Source: Octopus sinensis (Eukaryota). Taken from it: a stretch of 64,000 bases of DNA. The translations under genes and the position numbers were made by a program. The DNA is taken from NCBI RefSeq assembly GCF_006345805.1, contig NW_021835125.1, positions 1-64,000 on the forward strand. The letters run 5' to 3'. Position 1 is the first letter of the stretch; the number at the start of each line of letters is the position of its first letter. The notes under the pieces were generated by a model that ran no database searches, had not been told where the DNA came from, and saw nothing but the letters and a program-made list of their open reading frames with translations. Below, piece after piece: positions 52,055 through 64,000 of the stretch.

Positions 52055-53096
52055 GAAAGAAGGCAAGTGATAATGAAACCCACCCCAACCCAGCTCCAAC
52101 CACACCCTCTTCGCCCCACCCTTCCCCTGCAGACACAAAACCTACCCACTCCCCGCCAACAAGTAAACAAAAACAGACACACAGAACAACTTACAAAATC
52201 CACCCATCCCACTTTAGGTTTATTAGACAAGGAACACGAAGACCTGCTGGAAATATTGGGGGGACTGGGGTGAAGTTGTAATGACATGCATAAGATCTGG
52301 TCATCAAATCTAAGTAGAGACTTCAAACTTGAAATATTCAAAGCCACAGTCGAACCAATTCTACTATATGGCTCAGAAACCTGGACGCTATCAAAGAAGC
52401 TTGAGAGGCGGTTGGATGGAACCTACACTCGCCTCCTTATGAGAGCTCAAAATATCTCGTGGAAGCGCCATCCAACCAAAATGCAAATATATGGGAAATT
52501 ACCACCTGTGTCATCTCTTGTGAAGGGTAGGAGAGTCCAGTTTCCTGGACATTGTTGTAGAGCTGAAAACTCTCCTACCCTGATGTAATCTCCAGGGATA
52601 CAGGCATCCAGTAACAGGACCTCCGTAATGCTATGATGGACCGTGAAGTCTGGCATAGCATGGTAAATTCCATTGTTTCGACCGTGGTCGAGACAATGAT
52701 GGTAATGATGAATTACCGGATTTGTTGGGATCAAGAGGAGGAGGAGTGTATGGAGGTGCTTTTAAAAGGAAAACAAGTGAAAGGACTTGAAAATGAACTG
52801 AGCAATGTTTTTTTAGTAAGAAAGGAAATAGACCCGGACAGGAAAAAAACCCTGGAAAAACAGTACGGGGTGAAAATAAGGGACTATGTATTTTTCGAAA
52901 GGTTATAAGAAGAGGACATAAGAAAAGGGGACAGGTATGTGTTGTTATCGGATGGGGCGGTTGACATGACCTTCATCTTTCATTTTCACCCTCTCATTTT
53001 CATCATACGTTTGGGGTTTTTTTTTGCGTTTTATATCCCCAATGTGTTGTTTGTTTCTTATCTTTGTTAGCCAGTCCTGGGCAATAAAGAAATTAG
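52055..53096 (+). mobile_element. 5'-truncated retroelement insert (Tx1-ORF1-tail-like) with 13-bp TSD
   Basis: P/T/H-rich frame HPNPAPTTPSSPHP...KQKQTH resembles HPKPTHIPSSSHP...KQKKTH at about 36.0 kb; ends gggcaataaagaaattag. Confidence 0.6.
52275..52712 (+). mobile_element. RTE-clade LINE 3' fragment
   Basis: KLEIFKATVEPILLYGSETWTL...RRVQFPGHC is a typical RTE ORF C-terminus; ends in an (ATG/TGA)-type tail; tgaa at both junctions. Confidence 0.85.
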
Positions 53097-53374
53097 GTGT
53101 ACACTTAACCTAGTTCTCAGGGAGAGATTCAGCTTAACACATCATGTGAAATCTCTGGCCATTTGAAATACAGGTACAACTCATTCTGGCCAGCAGAGCA
53201 AAGGGTCTTTCTGGAGCAAAGGGTCTTCGGCAAAGACACAACATATCACCGGGAATCGAACTCATGACTCTATGATCGTGTGTTGCATGCTCTAACCACC
53301 AACCTGCGCACCTTCCCAGTAATAACATATGCACATATATATTGTGTGTGTATGTTCGTGTGTGTTGGCGTGTA

Positions 53375-53387
53375 TATGTATGTATGC

Positions 53388-53420
<33 letters not shown>

Positions 53421-53745
53421 TGTATGTATGTATGTATGTACGTATGTATATATTCATGTATGTATGTACGTATGTATGTATGGATGGATGGATGTATGTA
53501 TGTATATATGTATGTATGTACGTATGTATATATTCATGTATGTATGTACCTACGTATGTATGGATGTATGTATGTATGTATGTATGTATATATGTATGTA
53601 TGTACGTATGTATATATTCATGTATGTATGTACCTATGTATGTATGTATGTATGGATGTATGTATGTATGGATGTATGTATGTATATATGTATGTATGTA
53701 TGTATGTACGTATTTATGTATTTATGTATGTATGTATCTATCTAT
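53375..53745. repeat. (TATG)n array with higher-order 80-84 bp periodicity
   Basis: cgtatgtatatattcatgtatgtatgtac at 53441, 53521 and 53605. Confidence 0.85.
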
Positions 53746-53774
53746 CTTTCTAGTGAGAATTTAAAAAAATAAAA

Positions 53775-54300
53775 ACGAAAGACAAAAGACGAAGACGGGT
53801 GTGTAAACAACAAACAGATGTATTAGTTTAACGCTCGAGAATTAAGAATGTCTTTTACGTTTCGAGCCTAGGCTCTTCGACAGAAAGGAACACCGAAATA
53901 AACAGGGAAAGGAAACAGAAAAAGGTTTAGAGAATCGACAATTGGAAATAGCAGAAAGTACTAAAAAGTTTAGAAAACTTCAAAAGGTTTCAAACGTCGT
54001 GGTGTATTGGAGCGATTTCTCATCAAAGGAAGAGTCCAGTGTAATCCCTGGGTAGGAGAGGTGCAGCCGAAATGTAGGAGTTCAAGTGTAGGAGAGTAGA
54101 GGAAAGTCTGGGTAGAGAATCCAGGTAGAACAATCCACGAAAATTCCAAGTGTTATGAGGTGGAGACAGGATAAAACTGGTGCGGCCACGTGAGCGTATA
54201 GTATATGGGGAGAATTTACAAAATAACAAAAGACGAAGACGGGTGTATAAACAACAAACACACGTATTAGTTTAACACTAGGGAAGTGAGAAAGTCTCCC
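53775..54300 (-). mobile_element. Penelope-like terminal repeats (two partial direct copies) with hammerhead-like motif
   Basis: aaagacgaagacgggtgt... at about 53785 and 54230; minus 53887-53852 cttt-CTGTCGA-a-gagc(ctag)gctc-GAAA-cgt-a-aaag. Confidence 0.55.
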
Positions 54301-54315
54301 TCTTTCTATCTCTCC

Positions 54316-54347
<32 letters not shown>

Positions 54348-54374
54348 CTAAATTTTCTTGTCTTATTTCTTTTT

Positions 54375-54650
54375 ATTCTTTTATTCTTTTATTTGTTTCG
54401 GTCATTTTGCCTGCGGCCATGCTGGAGCACCACCTTCAGTCAAGCAAATCGACCCCGGGACTTATTCTTTGTCAGCCTAGTACTTATTCTATCGGTCTCT
54501 TTTGCCGAACTGCTAAGTTACGTGGACGTAGACACACCAACTTCGATTGTCAAGCGATATTAGGGAGACAAAACACAGACACACAAACATATACAAATAT
54601 GTACATATATATATTATATATATATATACATATACATATATATATATACC

Positions 54651-54716
<66 letters not shown>

Positions 54717-54872
54717 CGATGGGCTTATTTCATTTTCCGTCTACCAAATCCACTCACAAGGTTTGCTCGGCCCGAGGCTATAGTATAAGACACTTGCTCA
54801 AGGTGCCATGCTGTGGGATTGAAAACAGGACCATGTGGCTGGTAAGCAAGCTACTTTCCACACTGCTGCGCC
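54375..54872 (-). mobile_element. SINE family A with expanded internal (TA)n
   Basis: Head and body match family A; internal tract 54590-54715 is much longer than in other copies. Confidence 0.88.
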
Positions 54873-54884
54873 TAATTTCTTATT

Positions 54885-55540
54885 TTCCAGATAGCTGTCA
54901 CTTGACTGTTCAGAATCGAACTAGGAGAGCAGCGCGCTATGAAGTGTGGAATTCCATTGTTTTGGTTTAGTGATAGTGGCGTGCATGGAAAGAAAAGCCT
55001 GCAACACTACGTCCGGAGACACTAAAAAGTTGTCAAACCTGATGACCAATGACCATAGGGTGTTTGAACGATGCAAGAAGAAGTCGTCCAATCACATCCC
55101 GATCGTTGCAACAGTGCAGGAAATGTTTATTCGCATCCCGCAAAAATCAACTGATGAAGCAGCTCGTGGAAGCAGACTACCGAGACACGCAATACGCACG
55201 GTGTTGCATAAAGAATCGAATTTTCGTCCGTGGAAATCCCATCACGTGCAAGAGCTAAAAGCTGAAGACATTGACCGCAGAAGTCCCGAACACTCTAAAA
55301 AGTCCAAATCACATTCTATATGATTTTTACCAGTTGGGTTACACAAAACGGATGTGTCCAAGACAAAACTTTGCACACTGGAGGATTTGGAGACACAGAT
55401 TCAAGAGGTTTCCAAAGATATCCCAGATCACATCCATGGCCGTTTAACGAAATTCGCTGTCGCCACCAGTGCTTGCGTTCAGATAAGAAGAATTACTCTC
55501 ATTTTTCCATGTGATGAAGGCCATGTATCATTTCTACATA
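54885..55540 (+). mobile_element. Decayed Tc1/mariner-superfamily transposase fragment
   Basis: VATVQEMF...PQKST..AAR...IRTVLHKE..FRPWK.HHVQELKAED then, after a deletion, TKLCTLEDLETQIQEV; frameshifted, catalytic core largely missing. Confidence 0.65.
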
Positions 55541-55557
55541 TATATATGCATATATAT

Positions 55558-55591
<34 letters not shown>

Positions 55592-55914
55592 ATATATATT
55601 ATTATATATAATATATATAACATATGCATATATACATACATATATGTACGTACCTACATCTACATGTATATATATACATGCATATATGGGTACAGGACAC
55701 CAAAAAAACGTCGAACAGAATGAGAAACGAAAACATAAACACAAAACCAAGGAAATGGACATTTTTCTTAAACAACGAAAAAGAAAAGAGTACAAGACAT
55801 ACAACACAAGGAACATTCTATCTTCTGTAGGACTGCAATGACTTCCTGTCCTTAAAGAAACTCAGAACTCTTCGCATGCACTTCATATATACACAAGCAG
55901 AGGCGCATGCAGAC

Positions 55915-56012
55915 ACATGTATGTATGTATGTATGTATGTATGTATGTATGTATGTATGTATGTATGTATGTATGTATGTATGTATGTATGTATGTATGT
56001 ATGTATGGATGG
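55915..56012. repeat. (TATG)n microsatellite
   Basis: Direct inspection. Confidence 0.95.
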
Positions 56013-56749
56013 ATGTCATTATTCAGTTTATTTGAAGATGTTTTGCCAATAGAGAACGAACCGGTTTCTAACCCAGAACCAAAGGTGCCTTCATTGGAAT
56101 TTGATCATCAACAACAGCGTACTTTAGTTTGTGTGTATGTATATATGTATGTATGGGCATGTGTGAGTGTCTCTCCATCTTATATATACACACAGACACA
56201 TATATGTCGATATATATATCAATATATGTCTTTGGTTACTTATTTTTTTCTCATTTTTTCATCTCTAAACATTATATATATATATTATTTTGCAATAATG
56301 TAATAAGTCTGATATATCTGATATAGTTATGAGTGTATAAGTCAATGTTTTATCAATTACAGTACCATCAGTTTCTCCTTATTTTAATTGGTAGACTCTT
56401 TATCACTGATAAACTATTCCCTTGGTCAATTATACAATTCTCTGACTATATTGAATGCATTAACATCGCCCACATTGCTATCAGTCTATTCAACCAATCA
56501 AATCCTAAATTTTCGCCACGTATGAATCAGTCATTCTGGTTGTGTCTAATTTTTCTTTTTTTTGTTTTTTCTTTTATTATATGTCATGTTGAAGCATTTT
56601 AAAATTCATTCATTGTTTAAAAAATTTCTTTTCTACTTTTTATTACACATTTTCTATTCCTCTTTCTCACGGTATCATCTCTAACGCACTTTAGTTTTTT
56701 TTCTCTCTCTGTCTCACACACACATTCTCTCTCTCTTACTCTCTCCCTA

Positions 56750-57150
56750 ATATATGTACTTATATATAAGTACGCAGGCTGAGACAAGTGTGTATGTGTA
56801 TATATTTACGTACATACATTATAGGCGCACGACACACGCACATATATATATGTATGCATGTGTGTTTATGTGTGTATATTAGTGTGCAAGTATGTATGTA
56901 TATGCATGCTTTTATATATATGTGTTTACGTATATTAATGAGATATATATATACAGATATATATATATATATATGTATATGCATACGTATGTTTATATAT
57001 ATATACATATGTATGCATTTTTGTATGTTTCTATATATATACGTATGTATGTATATATATATACATTACATACATATATATATATATATAATATATATTA
57101 TATTTTATATATATATATTATATATATGTATTTATATGTGTATGTATGTT

Positions 57151-57203
<53 letters not shown>

Positions 57204-57585
57204 CACACACACACACTCGCTCAGACGCACACATGTATGAATGTGCGCACATGTATGTATATTCCGATTTCGATTCGATTAGATAAGGTCACATCTAGGT
57301 GACCTCGCTAAATTTCATTAATCTTTCGTTATATTTTCTATATTTATTTATTTTTTCTTTTAAAGATTTCCATTGATTCTTGTTTACTTCTACGATTTTA
57401 TTCAATCTTTATATGTCGAATCTTCCTATTGTTATTTTTTTCATTATTCCTAATTTCATTTCAATCATTATTGTTATTACTCTATTAACATTACTTACAT
57501 TGTTTTTTACTATAATCATTACGTGGACTATATATATATGTGTATATGTATATATATATATATATAATATATTATATATAAATGT

Positions 57586-57633
<48 letters not shown>

Positions 57634-58015
57634 TATATATATATGTACATTTTTAGATGAATAAATAAATATGTATGATATATACATACACGTATATTTA
57701 TATATGTATATGTACATACAAATATAATTAATTATTTACATAAATGTACATATATATATAAGTACATACATATATATCCATATATATATACATAGATGTA
57801 TATATATATATACATAGACTTATAAATATGTGTATGTATATCTTTAATACACGTATAAATATATACAAATGTCTATATATACGTAGACACATACATAATT
57901 ACATATATATATATACTTACACAGACACATAATTACTTATACGTTATGCTATTATATATGAAGTAGATATGTGTTTGTTAGTGTATATATATATATATAT
58001 ATATGAAGCAATTTT
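56750..58015. repeat. Extended degenerate TA/TG/CA low-complexity region
   Basis: Direct inspection. Confidence 0.85.
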
Positions 58016-58499
58016 TGTTTGTCTCATGTTAATCTTTTGTTTGTTTACAGCATTGCTTCGTTGTTTCTTTCTTTCTTTTTATCTTCTTTGCTTGTCACGA
58101 AACACAGAACTCGGCTAATTAAGTCCCATAACCTAACATTGCTTTTGTAAATTATCTATTATCCATTTGTGTATTTGTTTGTTTCAATAGAAATTCTCTG
58201 CTGCTTTATGTCTCTTACCTCCTTCTCAACACTCCTCCTCTCACTCTCTGCCGACATTCACCTCCTCCCCTCCTCCTCCTCCCACTCCTCCTCCTCTTCC
58301 TCCTCCACCACCTCCCCCCTTACACATTGTCTGTTTATCTTTCCCTCTTATGTTTTATATCGCCATTTTTTCTTTCATTTCAATCAAATGATAATGTGGG
58401 GAGCTGGAAAGGAAGCACAGGAAAACCGACAGAGTTATGGATAGCCGAACAGGGAAATATATAGAATGAAGGAACGCATTCGATTATAATATCTACATG

Positions 58500-58905
58500 T
58501 TGCAGGAGTGGCTGTGTGGTAAGTAGTTTGCCTACCAACGACATGGTTCTGGGTTCAGTCCCACTGCGTGGCATCTTGGGCTAGTGTCTTCTGCTATAGC
58601 CTCGGGCCGACCAATGCCTTGTGAGTGGATTTGGTAGACGGAAACTGAAAGAAGCCCGTCGTATATATGTATATATATGTATGTGTATGTATATGTTTGT
58701 GTGTCTGTGTTTTTCCCTCTAGCATTGCTTGACAGCCGATGCTAGTGTGTTTACGTCCCCGTTACTTAGCGGTTCGGCAAAAGAGACCGATATAATAAGT
58801 ACTGGGCTTACAAAGAATAAGTCCCGGAGTCGATTTGCTCGATTAAAGGCGGTGCTCCAGCATGGCCGCAGTCAAATGACTGAAACAAGTAAAAGAGTAA
58901 AAGAG
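58500..58905 (+). mobile_element. SINE family A, near full length
   Basis: Same consensus as 16489. Confidence 0.92.
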
Positions 58906-59350
58906 ACAAACACTTTCCTCTCTGGTTAATCTCTCATCAACTTCTTCAAGTACCACTTGAAAAGGAAAGTGAGAGTAGAGAAGCAAGTTTTGTCTAGCGA
59001 ATGTTTTAAAAAAAGATGGGTGAATGTAGCAAGGATGGCACGTATGAATGACGAAGCCACCTTCAGCATAATCCTATGAACCCAGAAATTGAAAACAGAG
59101 GGTTACCCACTTGCAAACAAATGTGGTAACATATAACAATATTGACCAAGGTTACCGTGGTCTTTTTCGTAGGCTTTTCTTCCCAGGGATAAACCTTACT
59201 TGCTTTCCCCTTTACACCATATATCATAACACTGTGATATACGATCCCTATTGATCGTTTTTTTTCCTCTTCCCCTTTTTTCCCCTTGTTTCTTCTTTTT
59301 TCATTTCTCTTTTCTTTTGTTCCTTTTCCTTTTCTTCTTTTTTTATTTTT
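58906..59350 (+). mobile_element. 3' end of an L1/Tx1-type LINE (ORF2 C-terminus plus 3' UTR)
   Basis: SLINFFKYHLKRKVRVEKQVLSSECFKKRWVNVARM is homologous to the 28.3 kb LINE end; followed by a pyrimidine-rich tract. Confidence 0.8.
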
Positions 59351-59419
59351 ATTTATGGAAACGCTAGGAGAAGAAAAAAGAACACATGCACGCAAAGTGC
59401 AAACCTAAATGACGTGGCA

Positions 59420-61403
59420 ATGAACGCTGCAACCACTTGCGATAACAGCACTGTCACCACCACCACTAACAACAACAACAACAAGACTACTACTGTTACC
59501 ACCACCGCCTCCACCACCACCACCACCACCACCGCCACATCATCCACTACCTCAACTACCAACAACAACAACAATAATAATGACAACAAGAATAATAACA
59601 TTTGCGCCACCATTTCGACATCTGCTGCCACGGCTGTCTCTTCTGCCACTGACACCACCTCCATCAACAAAAACAACAATAACAACAACAACAATCCCGT
59701 TCAGACCTTGTCTCCTCCAACAACAAGAACTGAAGGGAATAAACAAAAGACTGTGACCACCAAACAAATTGACAAAAGCTGCTTGAATACAGGGATAAAC
59801 TATGCAAGTAATTTTCCACCTTTTCCTACTTGCACAATCAAACCAAATACACCGATTTTACCAACTGCAGCCAACAACAACATCACCACCAGCAACAACA
59901 ATAACAAAACAACAACAAATTTCGCCGAGGCGATAAAAGAAAAAAAGACAACAGTATATTTTACTGCACAACAAATAAAAGACACGAACATTTTAATAAC
60001 GGAAGTAGATGGTATAGTAAAAATAAACATACCACAAGAAATATTAGAAGATGAAAAAAAAAGAACAATTATATATAAAATAATTAATAAGAAAACAAAA
60101 AGTCCAGAGAAGGCTAACACAAGCAAAATCGAAAAATGCTTGAAACCCATCTGGAACTACAAAGAGTATGTGACCTGGTGGAACAAGTTCGCACACATAC
60201 AAGTGGTCTTCCACACTGAAGAGTTAGCAAGACGTTTCTCAACGCTAACTCTTCATTCAGATGAACTTCAACTAACACCAAGCTATCGTGGACAGAAAGT
60301 GACTAAGATCACTTTAAACAATGTCCCAAAAATAGCTAACAATCTATGGCTAGTAAAGGCCTTATGTGTGAAAATGGAAGATTTCACAATTTTAGAAACT
60401 ACGGTCACTGAGCACAAAAACTGGGTGAGAAAAAAAGTAGAATTTCTACTACATATAAACCAAGAGGACATAAAGAAAATACCCACCCAGATATGTGTAT
60501 CAGAAGACCACAAGTTGTATGTGGTCGTCGATGGCAGAAGACCACGTTGCGACATATGCGGCAGTGAGCAACACCTAAAAAGATTGCAAATCTGCCGCAA
60601 GAAAACAACAGCAGCCGGAAAAAACAAATAAACCAGCTTTACTACCCACACCACGTTTTGCACGAACAGGACTAATCACAGAAAATCAACAAAAAACAAA
60701 CCTCACCAACCAAACAACCACACCAACTGCACCAAGAACAGAAGCAACACCACCACCAACAACAACCAAGAATAAACCAACTCCCAAACCAAGGACATCT
60801 GCCAAAAAGACACTCATCGAAAATGAAGAAACAATTACTACTCCAAATCCCCACAAAATTGACACCCCAAACAAAACAACAATACCTACAATCACTCAAA
60901 CAAAAAATACCCACACCACATCTCCAAAACCGCATATACCACAACCTAACGCTCACCAACCAACACCAACAACAAAATCAACACAGTCTACGATAGACCC
61001 CAATATTTTCCCTCTTCCAAGCTCTGATTCTTCTGATTTGTCATTAGACGAAGAAGACACAGAAGATTGGCAAATAGCCACAGGGGGGAGAAGAAAAAGG
61101 GGAAAAAAGAAAAGGAAAGATAACAAACAAAGCAGGAAGATTCACCACTCCCGAAACAAAAGCATCCACAGAAAACAACACATCAACACAAACACACCAT
61201 CATCAAACCCCCCAACAATGTCGACAGCCATAAACACAAACAACCACGATCTAATGGAACACATTAGGTCAAACACCAACATAACTGAAAACGACATAAA
61301 AACAAGTAACCACCCACGCACAACACCACCACAACACATTAAAATAATACATGTAACACAGAACACATACAGCACCCTGAAATCTCTTTACCTGATGCAG
61401 TAG
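59420..61403 (+). pseudogene. LINE ORF1 (gag-like, zinc knuckle), frameshifted at about 60581
   Basis: ATG 59420; T/N-rich N-terminus; VVVDGRRPRCDICGSEQHLK. The frame starting gat tgc at 60582 is open to the stop at 61403 and contains the listed 61038 ORF. Confidence 0.8.
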
Positions 61404-61565
61404 GGAGATTTCAAAAGTATTCATCAAAGAAACTATACAAAAACATCATGGAAGAAGACTGTGAGGTGAAAAACAAAGGACTTTCGAACAACAAGTAACC
61501 TTTTCTCTCTCTCTTTCCTTTTTTGCACTTTCTTTTCGTGTGTAAAACACAATTTTTATCGGAAC

Positions 61566-63018
61566 ATGCTCAGAATAGGCAGTATAAATGTACGTGGCTT
61601 GGGGTCGCCTTGGAAACAAGGCTACCTGTTAAATTACATCAAGTCACTAAATCTGAATATCATAGCCATCAGTGAGACCAGACTCCACAGCTTGCGGGCA
61701 CCCCAGCACAGTTTCGGTACACATTTCAACATTTATTTTTCTCCGTGTCTACCGAGAATGGGCGGAGGTGGCACCGCGGTGCTTATCCGGAAGAGTCTGG
61801 ATCTCAAAGTAAGAGCAAATTTCCTAGACCCGGAGGGTAGGCTGGTCGTTTTGGATGTCGATGGCAGCAATGAGTGTGCTTTTCGACTGATAGCAGTTTA
61901 TGCTCCGTCCTTAACAGACCGACCAGATTTCTTTCGCCGTCTAGAGTCTTTCATGGGAACGTCTCGTCCTTTACTTTTAGTGGGGGATTGGAATGCCACC
62001 CTGGACACGCATCTAGACTACGTGGGCAGAGATAGCAATAGAAGGGGATGCAAATGCCTCAAAGACCTGCTCAGACGTTTCCAACTGTCTGACAAGTACC
62101 GACTGGACCACCCGAATGTGCTAATGTGGACATGGAGTAACCGCATCGGGTCGTCCAGATCATACTTAGATAGAGTATTCTGTAGGACAATAGATAAAAA
62201 TAGTGTTGGTTGTCCACAATTTCATATAGTCAGTTACACAGATCACAAGTTTGGGACTTGTACACTTGACTTAGATAAGACACACAGGCAGGGTCCTGGT
62301 TACTGGAAACTGAACGCGTCTTTTACAGCACGACAGGTTTACAGGGACCGGATCAGCACATTAGTTAAGAGAGCTTTGACGGGTACTATCATCAACAACA
62401 GATGGTGGTATGCCCTAAAAAAAGCAATTAAAGCAGAATCAGTCAGATACAGTAAAGCCCTAGCATTAGACCGAAATAGAATAGAGGGAGAATTAGTTAA
62501 AGTTTTAGAAGAGGCACTTAGAACTGGCATCGCGTCCAACGTGCTGGCGGCGAGATTGGCCCTCGACCAACACCTCAACGCCAAACACGAGGGATGCGTT
62601 GTCAGAGCTAGGATGCGTGCTCTGAGGAACGAAGGAGTTGGATCCACCCAAGAGGCCCGAGTGGTGGAGACGCAACGAGGCAACAGAGCCACCATCAAGT
62701 CTCTTATAGATGAACAGGGGCGCGAATTGCTCGACATTAAAGGATGTGTGGGGCTTTTCAACAACACTTCATCCAACTGTTTGGGACAAGTGGTGGGTCA
62801 GAACGCAGAGTGGAATTTAGTGCATACCTGCATGCCTTGCCACGACTCTCAGCAAGGGAGGTGGAGTCTTGTGAAAGGCCTATCACAGCTGCGGACGTAC
62901 AGGATGCGATGGTAGGCTGCGCGAGAGACAAGTCACCAGGCTTGGATGGTCTGCCCTACGAACTTTATTTTTATATGCCAGACTTGTTTGGAGGCGTCTT
63001 GGCAGCTGTCTACTGCAA
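61566..63018 (+). pseudogene. LINE ORF2 N-terminal part: APE-like endonuclease and linker, frameshifted
   Basis: SINVRGL, ISETRL, VYAP, GDWNA, SYLDRVF, TDHK motifs; frameshift near 62740 continues into ...DKSPGLDGLPYELY; second frameshift near 63015. Confidence 0.9.
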
Positions 63019-64000
63019 AACGGGAGTATTCCTGCTTTTGTAAAGCGAGGAGCAGTGGCACTGCTTAAGAAAGACCCAAACAAGGGGGACGTCATAGATA
63101 ATTTCAGGCCCATCACTCTGCTCAACGCAGATTTGAAAATTTTGGCCAAGGTGTTAGCCGAGAGGTTGGCGCTTGTCATCAAGAAACTAATCGACAAGGC
63201 GCAAACATGCACCATGGCGGGTAGAAGTATTCATGACAACCTCCATCTGATGCGCTACATCATAGACAGGGTGGTTAAGAATCCTGGCATGGGTGGGGCG
63301 CTGATCAATTTGGATCAATCAAAAGCTTTCGATAGGGTAGACCATCACTACTTGGAGGCTGTCCTTAAAGCGGCTGGTTTCGGTCCAGTTTTCCGCGGTT
63401 GGATCGCTGCCTTATACAGCGGCATCCGCTCAGTAGTTCGCATAAATGGTCATCTATCCAGACCTTTTAACATCATGCGTTCGGTTCGTCAGGGATGCCC
63501 CCTCTCATCGCTGCTGTATGTATTGACTCTTGAGCCACTACTGCGGAAACTGGCGACGCTGAGGGGCATCCCACGAGAGCTGGGATGCGGGAGGAGCGTG
63601 TCTGCATACGCGGATGACGTCACCGTCATAGTGTCGAGCTACCAGCACATCGAGCTGGTCGGCGAGACACTAAAAGAATATGAAGCGGTAACGGGAGCAA
63701 AAATTAACCGGGAAAAGTCAGTGGGCTTGCGGCTCGGCACCTGGAGAAGCAGGCCCATGCCATCCAACAGCGTCTCCATTGTGGGACGCTGGACGGACGG
63801 ACCGGTTAATTTGCTCGGAGTCTGGTTCGGTCCGGACCTCCAAATGGAGAAGAACTGGGGCGAGATAACGACTAGGGTGGCTACTCTCACCCAGAAATGG
63901 GCTGAGAGAAAGCTATCCCTAAAAGGTCGGGCGGAGGTGGCGAACGCGTACATCGCATCCGTCATCGAGTATCGTCTGACCGTCGTGCCTTGTCCCGACC
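63019..64000 (+). CDS. LINE ORF2 reverse transcriptase domain (open frame to window end, absent from the ORF track)
   Basis: Hand translation: NFRPITLLNADLKILAK, LDQSKAFDRVDH, VRQGCPLS, YADD (63607-63618), KINREKS, LSLKGRAEVAN; no stop from 63019 to 64000. Confidence 0.93.

Larger units (their letters stand above)
51940..53312 (-). mobile_element. Chimeric SINE (D-like head, B1 body) split by a nested insertion
   Basis: 3' part 51940-52054 and 5' part 53097-53312; both junctions carry gtgtacact(c/t)aac. Confidence 0.75.
59355..64000 (+). mobile_element. Near-full-length L1/Tx1-type non-LTR retrotransposon, running off the window
   Basis: Two-ORF layout: gag-like ORF1, short spacer, ORF2 with APE endonuclease and RT. 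5' boundary approximate. Confidence 0.93.

Noticed and set aside
62339-63965. Minus-strand ORFs over LINE ORF2
   Set aside because: Antisense shadows of the plus-strand endonuclease/RT frame.

Overview
AT-rich, microsatellite-dense, repeat-dominated eukaryotic DNA. The SINE/LINE repertoire looks like a coleoid cephalopod, probably Octopus (inference, no search run). I found no host gene I can support; almost all listed ORFs are microsatellite artefacts. Recognisable coding sequence is all transposon-derived: (1) a near-full-length L1/Tx1-type LINE from about 59.4 kb past the window end (ORF1 with zinc knuckle; ORF2 with endonuclease and RT, YADD at 63607; at least three frameshifts); (2) further Tx1-type fragments (27.7-28.8, 35.4-36.3, 52.1-53.1, 58.9-59.3 kb); (3) a decayed Penelope-like RT/GIY-YIG element (33.7-34.8 kb, minus); (4) RTE and CR1 fragments; (5) mariner/Tc1 relics. 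Non-coding elements include a hAT MITE, Helitron-like pieces and about 25 tRNA-derived SINE copies in several families. The most notable signal is a set of hammerhead-ribozyme motifs in at least four unrelated repeat families, the well-preserved ones with palindromic stem III. One ~364-bp unit occurs in tandem (40.1-40.6 kb) and as a large inverted repeat (46.2-46.9 kb), and its catalytic core carries a compensatory U3:A8 pair in place of C3:G8. Three dimeric SINEs with their own target-site duplications and a three-layer nested insertion are also visible. Ribozyme activity and element classes are predictions from reading the sequence by eye.
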